From the IMG/VR virus record IMGVR_UViG_3300008952_000006, positions 96,001-160,000 of that record: 64,000 nucleotides of DNA; one strand, 5' to 3'. Under the pieces are notes generated by a model. It saw only the letters and a list, made by a program, of their open reading frames with translations. It was not told where the DNA came from and searched no databases. This DNA is from a virus. The translations under genes and the position numbers were made by a program. Shown one piece after another: positions 56,651 through 64,000 of this stretch (the stretch's first letter is position 1; every line of letters starts with the position of its first letter).

Positions 56651-57358
56651 TTACCTTTTCGGGAGAGACTGTAGCGGGGCTAAAGTGTTAAAAGCGGGTA
56701 GTGGCTTCTTTTTAGGGGCTGCCGTAGTCGCAGAAGCGCCAAAGAGCCCACCTTTTGGGAACGCCGAGGATGGGTTAAGGGCGGCTTGCCCACTCCCATA
56801 GGTCATGTACCCTCGGAAAGCCTGTCGGGGAATCCCAGTAATATGACGGGGATCAGCGAGCCTTGTGGAGGACAGGCCTGCTTTGGTAGCCTTGTTTAAA
56901 CCCAAGATTGGGCTATTTCCAGCAGGCCCATAGCCGCCCCATGAACGGTTCCATGGAGTGAGGGCTCCCTTAGCTGTTGTGACAGCCTTTTTTCTGGCTA
57001 GCAAGGACGCTGCCGGGGCCACCTTTCTCGCTCGGAGGGCTTGGACGCCCAATTGTAATGCCTTCCCTATCCCGCCAGCAACCCGTACAGCGGGGATCAT
57101 GCTCGCAACACCAAACGCTGTTGCCCATGGATTCTTTTTAACGTACCGAACAGCGGGTTCGAGCTTTTGTAATAACGACGTGGTGGGTTTATTAGGCTTA
57201 ATATCAGCAGGGTTTACCGCGCCGCCTTTAGGGCGGACACCGAGCCCACTCGCATCAAGGGCCACCTTCTCAAAACGAGACCCCGCACCGCGTACTTCAT
57301 TAGTGTAAGCTGCGCTTGATATCTTCATAAATGGGCCGGGGCAATTCTTGGTGTACAT
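56651..57358 (-). CDS. Basic Ala/Gly-rich protein with K-x-A motif (putative internal virion protein)
   Basis: FEKVA; KNPWATAFGVASMIP; PWNRSWGG. Paralogous to the adjacent 463-aa ORF; the start may be the second ATG. Confidence 0.65.
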   Translation of the reverse strand: MYTKNCPGPFMKISSAAYTNEVRGAGSRFEKVALDASGLGVRPKGGAVNPADIKPNKPTTSLLQKLEPAVRYVKKNPWATAFGVASMIPAVRVAGGIGKALQLGVQALRARKVAPAASLLARKKAVTTAKGALTPWNRSWGGYGPAGNSPILGLNKATKAGLSSTRLADPRHITGIPRQAFRGYMTYGSGQAALNPSSAFPKGGLFGASATTAAPKKKPLPAFNTLAPLQSLPKR

Positions 57359-58749
57359 TAGTTAACCCCCTTCTTTAGCTGACCGAACTCGTCGTAACCT
57401 TGTGGTGGGTAAAATGGGGCGGTCTGACTTGGGTAGTATCGGTCAGCGTACCGCTGTAGGGCGGCCTGCTCCGCCTGAGGATTCCTCGCAACAGGTTGTG
57501 GCGTCGGTTTTTTCTTCGCGACAGCCTTAGTCGCTGGCTTGCCCTTGTACTTGTTGTATGCCTTGCTTATGGCGCTTTGCGCCATGCCTGCGGGGGTGTA
57601 GGGGTGGACGTAGTTAGCATAAGCCCCAGGAATGGCCGCAACTGTATTAGCCGTGTTCTGTGCGGGCGTCATCTTATTCAGCGTGCCTCTCGCCGCGTTG
57701 TATGCAAAGTCCCCTACCTGAGTAGCCCCCAATCCCACGCCTACACCGCGCATCGCCCTTCGCGTATTGGTAAGCTTCGCCCAGGGACTAGCAACATTCT
57801 TCATAAACGGTACTGCGCCAGTCACCTGACCAGCGAGTGAGGCTGTCCCCTTAGCCGCCTTAAGCGATTTGGGCAGATTGCGTCCTACGCCTGCGGCCCA
57901 CTTGGGTGTCTGCAGCATCATCCCTGACCAATGGCGGTTCCAAGGCATGCCGCCGCTCAAAGCCGATTTTGCTTGTCGGAAGTGTCTAGCGCTCCGCAGC
58001 TTTTGGGTAACATTAGATGCATTAAGAGCGCCGCGCCCCAGCCAAGCAGCCCTAGCGCCTTTAGCTGCAAGGGTAGCGCCTTTGGCTCCCCCAGAAACAG
58101 CAGCCCCAACAGGAGTGACCATCGCAGCAGTTGCGGCGTAATCTGCTGCAGTCCAGGGATTGCGTTTCGCCCAACCTGCGCCACGGGTAAGAGCGGAGTC
58201 TCTAAAGGGCGAGTAGGTGTCTCCCAGAGCCTTAGAAAGGAAAGTTTGGCCCGGAGCCATCCTTGCGTCTCTAAATGCCGATTGCGCTTTTGCTGGGTTA
58301 GTCTTTTGGAGCGCTCTCACCTGCTTTTGGACGGGGTGGGTGCCTGTGGCTGCCTGGGCGACAGTTTTTGCCATGCTGCCAGTGTGTGACGCGCCACGCT
58401 TGAAATCCCCAAAGACTCCCTTAACAGCCCCGCCGGTTCTGCCAGACTTCCAAGAACTTGGAGAAAGGACCGCGCCAGCACCTCGTTTAAGGTTCTGCCA
58501 GCCTCTTCCAACCAAATTAAAATCATCACCCTGTCTGGGCGTGTTCCATTGAGACGGGGCGGGTGGTTTTGGGGGGCCCTGTGTTGTCTGCCCCTTAGCG
58601 ATACGCTTTATAACTTTGCCTTGCGGATCTGTTATTACAGCACCAGCTTGCTTCTCCATGGGAGCAGATAGCCCGCGCACAAAAGCATCATAGACAGCCT
58701 TGCGTGCGGCTACCTTTATTAGTGCATTTTGTAGGGCGTCTTCTTTCAT
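57358..58749 (-). CDS. Basic Ala/Gly-rich protein with K-x-A motifs (463 aa)
   Basis: LIKVA, MEKQA; RNPWTAA, PWNRHWSG; hydrophobic Gly/Ala helices. Confidence 0.75.
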   Translation of the reverse strand: MKEDALQNALIKVAARKAVYDAFVRGLSAPMEKQAGAVITDPQGKVIKRIAKGQTTQGPPKPPAPSQWNTPRQGDDFNLVGRGWQNLKRGAGAVLSPSSWKSGRTGGAVKGVFGDFKRGASHTGSMAKTVAQAATGTHPVQKQVRALQKTNPAKAQSAFRDARMAPGQTFLSKALGDTYSPFRDSALTRGAGWAKRNPWTAADYAATAAMVTPVGAAVSGGAKGATLAAKGARAAWLGRGALNASNVTQKLRSARHFRQAKSALSGGMPWNRHWSGMMLQTPKWAAGVGRNLPKSLKAAKGTASLAGQVTGAVPFMKNVASPWAKLTNTRRAMRGVGVGLGATQVGDFAYNAARGTLNKMTPAQNTANTVAAIPGAYANYVHPYTPAGMAQSAISKAYNKYKGKPATKAVAKKKPTPQPVARNPQAEQAALQRYADRYYPSQTAPFYPPQGYDEFGQLKKGVN

Positions 58750-60410
58750 TTTAGATTACCTTGGTGTTTGGCCCGAAAGTTCCCCTGCCAATCAGTCCCG
58801 ACAGCGGGATTATTCTTATCCCATGTAGCGCCTCGGGAGTTCTTTTGATAATCCCAGGCCTTATCGGAGAGACCGGGCGGTCTAGGCCCGATGAATTTTG
58901 TCCGATCAGCATTTCTCTTGGCATCTTTCGGTGTCTGTTCGCTTATGCCGGATAGGTAGCCCCCCGCCCTAAGCCCTGGATGGTAATCACGGTACCCTGA
59001 TACTTGCATACCGAGAGTCGGGATAGCCTGTGGCCCTAGGTATGAGGCCCCCATCGCGGCTCCGTAACCACCCCTCGCAAGCCTTTTGGGGTCCCAAGGG
59101 GCTGGACCTTCCCCACCAATAAGCGGCGTGCCTTTTGGGAGTCCCTGGCCCCCAAGGTCCGTTGGGGTATAGCTGTGCCCGTAAAAACCAGCCCCAGCCC
59201 CAGCAGCGCCAAGAGCACCACCCTTCAGTGTCTGTGCCAGAGGACCCCCAGTTCGAGCCCAGTGAGTATCAGGCTTAAATCCTTCGGGGGCTTTTTTTCT
59301 AGCGCCTCTTCGGGTCCAAGCCCTGCCTTCTGGGGTGGTTGGTATTATTTTGGTATATTCCTTAGTCTCTGGGTGGGGCTTAGTTGATGTGTAAATGTTC
59401 TGGCCGCGTCCTGTCCCCCGGGATGTAAGTTTTTTGGGGTCAAGCCACGTCTTCCAATTCATTAAAGAAGATTGATCAGGTGCGCGGGTATAGTTTTTAG
59501 GTATACCGGACGCGTACTGATTTAGAGACTCTGCCAATTCCTCAGCCTTGGTTTTGGGTGCTGGCCCATGACCCTCTGGCCATTTTTTTGGTTCGGGGGG
59601 ATTCGCAGGCGGGGTATCCGGGCGACCGCCATGCACTGGCTTCGTTTTATTGGTTGGTTTAGATGGTGCGGGCTTAACCGTAGTAGTTGCGCCTGAAGGC
59701 TTCACCCCCGCTGCTGCGGTTTGTTGGGGAGTAGCTTGGGCTGTTGGTGGTCGTGGTGTGAATTTTGGGGCCGCCGAGGACACGCCCCCTTGGTTAATAG
59801 GGGTCATATTGGGTTGGGGCGTAGTGGTGGGTGGTTTTGCTAAAGTCTGCCCCGGGAAACCCGTAGTAGGACCGCCTGTGTATGGGGGTGCGGTTGGCGT
59901 GGTCGGTGGTTTTACACGTGGTGCTGCGTCCGTCAGCGTTTTCCAGGCTTGGCTGAGGCCCTGCCCTTTGGGAGCTTTTCTGTATGCATCAATAGCTGGG
60001 CCAGCCCGCTGGAAGAGTTTGGCGGCCCCAGAAAGCCCCTTGGTTTTGTTCGCTGTCTTCTCTAAGAAAGCTCCGTAATGAGCCATGGCTGTCTTTGGTA
60101 AACCAGACCCCATGCCGCCCACAGGGTTCTGCTTCTTTGCGGCTGTGTTTATATTTTGGGCCATGGGCTTGGACGCGTTTGAGCTAACACCGCGCATTTT
60201 AAACAATCGAGTCATAGCATCAATATGGGGGGCAATGTTGCCAGAGCCACCTAGCGTCATTGCACTGCCGCCTTGCGAAGGCGTAGGTTGAGAGTCTGCT
60301 CTTGGGCCTGACCCACCAACAGAGCTTGCGCCAACAATGGCGGTCTTAATTTTAGCGGTATGACGCAAAATCCTAAGTGCTGCTTCCTTGTCGAATTCGA
60401 TGTCAACCAT
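58746..60410 (-). CDS. Pro/Thr-rich basic protein with K-x-A motifs and glycine zipper (554 aa)
   Basis: FDKEA, KIKTA, LPKTA, LEKTA in the first ~120 aa; GGALGAAGAGAG. Confidence 0.75.
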   Translation of the reverse strand: MVDIEFDKEAALRILRHTAKIKTAIVGASSVGGSGPRADSQPTPSQGGSAMTLGGSGNIAPHIDAMTRLFKMRGVSSNASKPMAQNINTAAKKQNPVGGMGSGLPKTAMAHYGAFLEKTANKTKGLSGAAKLFQRAGPAIDAYRKAPKGQGLSQAWKTLTDAAPRVKPPTTPTAPPYTGGPTTGFPGQTLAKPPTTTPQPNMTPINQGGVSSAAPKFTPRPPTAQATPQQTAAAGVKPSGATTTVKPAPSKPTNKTKPVHGGRPDTPPANPPEPKKWPEGHGPAPKTKAEELAESLNQYASGIPKNYTRAPDQSSLMNWKTWLDPKKLTSRGTGRGQNIYTSTKPHPETKEYTKIIPTTPEGRAWTRRGARKKAPEGFKPDTHWARTGGPLAQTLKGGALGAAGAGAGFYGHSYTPTDLGGQGLPKGTPLIGGEGPAPWDPKRLARGGYGAAMGASYLGPQAIPTLGMQVSGYRDYHPGLRAGGYLSGISEQTPKDAKRNADRTKFIGPRPPGLSDKAWDYQKNSRGATWDKNNPAVGTDWQGNFRAKHQGNLK

Positions 60411-62350
60411 TACAAAGTCCTCTTGGGAGCCGAAATGATGTTCGGGACAAGAACATCAAACGGGTCGTCAGCCCCAGACATTAGCGTCATTAGATTAATA
60501 GGACCAGCATTATCCGGTACTTCGATGCGGCGCTTTAGTGAAAGAGGGGCAATAGACACGTCTACTTGTATGCCCTGAACCAAGGAGAACTCTACATATC
60601 CGTTAGAGTCAGTTGTATATGTTCTTTGGGTGTCGAAGACAGCCGTTCCTGAAAAGAGCTGGGGTCGATGGATCAGGCCAACGTGCACAGTTGCATTCTT
60701 AACGGGGGTACCATTCATATGGTACAGGGTGGCGTACAGGGTGCATAAGCTTGCAGGGGATGGCGGAGAAGTAACTGTCGGGTTGAACACCTCTGAAATT
60801 AACTGTATCGCTTGCACGTCTGTGCCTTCCGGCTCTGAGTACAGATAAGGGTCCGAGGCCTCTAATTTCGAGTTAAACACTGTGTATGAAAAATTATTAG
60901 TTGTGAAAGAGCTACCGGCCTTGGTTAGAGTAAAAATATATTCCCCGGGAGGGATCTCTAAGCGAAGACTTCCAGCAATGTCGGTGACCCCTTGAGCAAC
61001 CTGAGTGCCATCTAACTCGCTCACAGTCACTGTTGTAATTGTATGCGGTGTCCCGTTAAGACCAGAGGTTCTGCCAGCGGTAATCTGTACCACTTCCTTG
61101 GCTTCAGCGGGAGTAATTAGATAGTGGGTTAGATGCGTTTGCACACCAGCGTCATGCCAGACAACGTAAGCTTCTTGCGCGGTGGTGAAGGTGTGGTTTT
61201 GTATTACATAGCCGTCTACGCCGATAGCGTAGGGAGCCTGTGTTGAAACCCCATCAGAGCCTTGAGCAACTATATTACCGCCCTGTGACCCGAGCGCAGT
61301 AATACCGAGTGCGGACAGGACGCTCGCAGTGCCGCTTTGCACGTCAATCTGGCTTGTGGCCCCCGCGCTGCCCGCTGTAGCAGTTAGAGTGAAATAATTA
61401 GTGTCGTCCTCTAGCGTCACTAATAATCTATCCCCCTGGGCACCACCGGCAGTCATGATCAGTGTTTCAAAGAGAAGCTTCAGCTCAAAAAAGGTTACCG
61501 CAGCGCTATTGCCAACATTGCTCAGAGCAGGGTTAGAATTAAAGGTTCCCTCCGCAAGACCGGTATTTGCAGCAAACGTACCCCCGAAGTCAGATAGTGT
61601 AATCTGTGAGTCAGAGCCCTGACTATCAGTAGTAATCTTCAGGTTTCCACCGTCATCAGAAACATAAACAGCCCCCATCTGGGCGTTCAGTGCGGCTATA
61701 TACGATGCTTGGCCGGGGCCAGCGCCGTTCAGGTCAATTGTTCCTGGGGGGTGACCGTCAATTTGATAAGTTGCCGTATCTGTCCCTACACCGAAACCGT
61801 ACAAGGCAGCACCGCCACTGGTTTCTGCTGGTGCGCATAAGAACTGGACTGTTTGGGCTCCCGTAGGGGCTGTGTCCGGTAATACCTGAATGGTGACTTG
61901 GTCTAGGTTATTAACAGAAATAGTGCTTACTGCTTGGTCCCCAATATAAGATGCGTACGTAAGAGGAAAGACCGAGGAGCCGGAACTATTATAAAGATGT
62001 GCGGTAACGGTCTGACCGATACCACCAACAATGCTGCTCTCTAGGACGATGTCTACTTCAGCGCCTATCGGAAAATCAGAGATGGGAGTGCCCGCCTCCA
62101 AGGTGTCCGAGTAGATAACCACAGGGACATTGCCGTACTTAAAGCGTAACTGATACTGGCCGGGATCTTCTGGGATAAAGGCAGCGCTTAGGTACAGGTT
62201 CGGAGCAGTTGTTACTTGGGTCATAGTGAGTACGGCTAGTTCAACCCCACCACTCGCGTCTAAAATTTGCAGCACAAAAGGCTCGGCTCCGACTTCTGCG
62301 GCGGAATCGAAGAATGGTATTGTTCTGCTTATGCCTAGCTGTGCTTTCAT
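60410..62350 (-). CDS. Beta-rich virion structural protein (646 aa)
   Basis: Acidic and beta-rich; C-terminal domain resembles part of the 322-aa ORF. Confidence 0.75.
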   Translation of the reverse strand: MKAQLGISRTIPFFDSAAEVGAEPFVLQILDASGGVELAVLTMTQVTTAPNLYLSAAFIPEDPGQYQLRFKYGNVPVVIYSDTLEAGTPISDFPIGAEVDIVLESSIVGGIGQTVTAHLYNSSGSSVFPLTYASYIGDQAVSTISVNNLDQVTIQVLPDTAPTGAQTVQFLCAPAETSGGAALYGFGVGTDTATYQIDGHPPGTIDLNGAGPGQASYIAALNAQMGAVYVSDDGGNLKITTDSQGSDSQITLSDFGGTFAANTGLAEGTFNSNPALSNVGNSAAVTFFELKLLFETLIMTAGGAQGDRLLVTLEDDTNYFTLTATAGSAGATSQIDVQSGTASVLSALGITALGSQGGNIVAQGSDGVSTQAPYAIGVDGYVIQNHTFTTAQEAYVVWHDAGVQTHLTHYLITPAEAKEVVQITAGRTSGLNGTPHTITTVTVSELDGTQVAQGVTDIAGSLRLEIPPGEYIFTLTKAGSSFTTNNFSYTVFNSKLEASDPYLYSEPEGTDVQAIQLISEVFNPTVTSPPSPASLCTLYATLYHMNGTPVKNATVHVGLIHRPQLFSGTAVFDTQRTYTTDSNGYVEFSLVQGIQVDVSIAPLSLKRRIEVPDNAGPINLMTLMSGADDPFDVLVPNIISAPKRTL

Positions 62351-62361
62351 TTACAAAGTGC

Positions 62362-62589
62362 CTAATTATTAGAAGGTCTAAAAACGCCAATGACTTCTTC
62401 TACACTGGCAATCGTAAGAACTGTATTATATCTTTTTTCTTTGACGGAAGGGTCCCCTAAACTCTTTTCAAGAACAGACTTTAAGAAAGTTCTTTCTGTG
62501 ATAAGGCGAAGCTTCTCGGCAGTTACGTACTCTTTTACTTGCTCCCTGAGCTTTTCGAGGGTTTCTTTTTTCTCTGATTCGCTGGCCAA
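62362..62589 (-). CDS. Hypothetical protein (75 aa)
   Basis: Fits the operon spacing; purine-rich SD upstream. Confidence 0.55.
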   Translation of the reverse strand: MASESEKKETLEKLREQVKEYVTAEKLRLITERTFLKSVLEKSLGDPSVKEKRYNTVLTIASVEEVIGVFRPSNN

Positions 62590-62601
62590 GATGTACCCCC
62601 T

Positions 62602-62898
62602 TTATTTGTGTCTACTAGTAAGTTGTTCCCATGCCTGTTGCTTCCTAAGCTCGTCAGGAGTCTGTGGGGTCGGGATCGACTTCCCGATACGCTGAAAATT
62701 TGTCTTTATGTTTCGGACTTTTTGTATATCCCCTTCTGGGGCGGTGGTTGCCGCTGTAGGGGATATTGGTTTTGGTTGCTTGACCGGTGCTTGACTGCCT
62801 TGGATTCCAAGCATCTTCTTAAAAGCAGAGTACGTCCGAGAAAGAAGTCCCGGATCTTCTGCTAATTTAGCCAAGTAGTCTGTTTTACCAACCGGCAT
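62602..62898 (-). CDS. Small basic protein with K-x-A motif (98 aa)
   Basis: YLAKLA near the N-terminus; fits the operon spacing. Confidence 0.65.
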   Translation of the reverse strand: MPVGKTDYLAKLAEDPGLLSRTYSAFKKMLGIQGSQAPVKQPKPISPTAATTAPEGDIQKVRNIKTNFQRIGKSIPTPQTPDELRKQQAWEQLTSRHK

Positions 62899-62906
62899 AA
62901 AAACCC

Positions 62907-64000
62907 CTAAGAAGTAAGTGCGTACATGCCTAATCCACCAGCGCCAAGAGCCGCGTAAGGGGCGATCTCCTTGAGGCCTTTTGCTTTCTGCCAGCCCTTG
63001 CCAAGGTTCATCGCCGCTTGAGCGCCCGCCCCTGCGATGCCACCGAGAGCCCCAGATTGGAGCGCAGAGTTAGCAAGACTTGGGCCATACGCCTTCCCGT
63101 AGTCTTTCATCGTTTGCCAGCTTTCAAAGGGATTCTCCGGCAAGGGGGTGCTGCGAGCGCCCTTAGGCAGGGGCGTGTTAACGCCGCCCGGGGGCATATG
63201 AACACCCAGCCGGTCTAATTGTTTCGCATCAGCCATAGCATTGAATTGCGCAGAGGTTGGGGTCTTGCCAGCTGCCTTGGCTGCCTTGCCCTCAGCGGCA
63301 GCTACACGAATAGCTTGTGCTTCTGCTGCTGGCAGCTTTTGAAGCGCCCGAATACGAGAAGCATCTTTACCGGCACCCAGGAGCGCGCCGCCAACAGCGG
63401 TCCCGAAACCAGTTTGCGCCACGTTCTGGGTTACTGGGGGACCTACGAAAGAGCTTTTAAGATTTTTTAGCCACCCCGGGAACCCCGCTGTTTTCACTAG
63501 GCGGTTACCGTATGTGTCTGTGTAGATGGCCATAGATGCTTGTTGAATCCCGCTAACCATAACGGAGCCTTCTTTTTTCTTACCCTTCTTCTTGAGAATG
63601 GCTGCTTGGATCTTATCTGGCAGCTTAGATTGCTTGCCTTTGAGCAAAGGGCTCTCGTCCATAGCGGGAGAGAAGGTCGCCTTGGCGGAGCTTTCTTTTT
63701 TCTTGTCTACGCCTTTGGTTAGCGCCTTGTAGCCCGCGATTCCTCCGCCGACGCTACCAGCTGTCCCCCCAATGAGCCCGGGGATCAGCAGTCTGAGCTT
63801 TACGGCGGCGTCATCGCCGGAACGAGCGCCGCTTATTATCCGGCTGTATGCCTTAGGATTTGTCTTGCTTAGGAGAGCAAGGGATGCGAGGCCAGCGCCC
63901 ATGCCTACTGCGCCCCCGCCCCAGCCCCCAAGTATTGAGCCGCCAGCGCCACCGATGCCGCCCTTTACAGCGCCTTCGGTACCTCTACCGGACTTCTCCC
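62907..64000 (-). CDS. Glycine-zipper, K-x-A motif protein (partial; starts beyond right edge)
   Basis: The frame stays open upstream of track start 63902 to the window end (EKSGRGTEGAVKGGIGGAGGSILGGWAGGAVGM). Contains LVKTA and multiple GxxxG segments. Confidence 0.75.
   Translation of the reverse strand, partial: EKSGRGTEGAVKGGIGGAGGSILGGWGGGAVGMGAGLASLALLSKTNPKAYSRIISGARSGDDAAVKLRLLIPGLIGGTAGSVGGGIAGYKALTKGVDKKKESSAKATFSPAMDESPLLKGKQSKLPDKIQAAILKKKGKKKEGSVMVSGIQQASMAIYTDTYGNRLVKTAGFPGWLKNLKSSFVGPPVTQNVAQTGFGTAVGGALLGAGKDASRIRALQKLPAAEAQAIRVAAAEGKAAKAAGKTPTSAQFNAMADAKQLDRLGVHMPPGGVNTPLPKGARSTPLPENPFESWQTMKDYGKAYGPSLANSALQSGALGGIAGAGAQAAMNLGKGWQKAKGLKEIAPYAALGAGGLGMYALTS

Noticed and set aside
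25680-63722. Numerous plus-strand ORFs of 60-220 aa opposite the virion genes
   Set aside because: Antisense shadows of long Gly/Ala/Thr-rich genes, with no recognisable motifs.
1-64000. Alternative genetic code, inteins or a diversity-generating retroelement
   Set aside because: Genes are full length under the standard code with all three stops in use; polymerase, helicase and the visible RNAP portion are compact with no intein-sized inserts; no RT or template/variable repeat pair seen.

Overview
This 64-kb window is a gene-dense segment of a large tailed bacteriophage genome with a contractile-tail-type baseplate, about 50% GC by eye, standard genetic code and Shine-Dalgarno-led genes. It has four blocks. 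(1) 1-9045, minus strand: a >=1676-aa single-polypeptide fusion of bacterial-type RNA polymerase beta and beta' (missed by the ORF track because it runs off the left edge), a probable portal protein and two head-associated hypotheticals, interrupted by a tiny plus-strand island. (2) 9127-24928, plus strand: a replication/recombination operon (XRE HTH, SF2 helicase, degenerate UDG, DnaB-like helicase, primase, SSB, family A DNA polymerase, GIY-YIG, degenerate RecA, two PD-(D/E)XK nucleases, RusA, AT-hook protein) closed by a strong terminator. (3) A monocistronic 71-aa gene. (4) 25380-64000, minus strand: a virion module with very large tail-fibre and baseplate proteins and a cluster of basic Gly/Ala-rich proteins. 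The most interesting signals are the fused RNAP (no beta' zinc finger, remodelled rifampicin pocket), a GG[T/G]ATAAG motif at the start of all three plus-strand units, a recurrent K-x-A motif in putative head/internal proteins, a ~136-nt multi-hairpin element between ssb and polA, and apparent pseudo-enzyme versions of RecA and UDG. All functional calls come from motif recognition by eye; no database searches were run.
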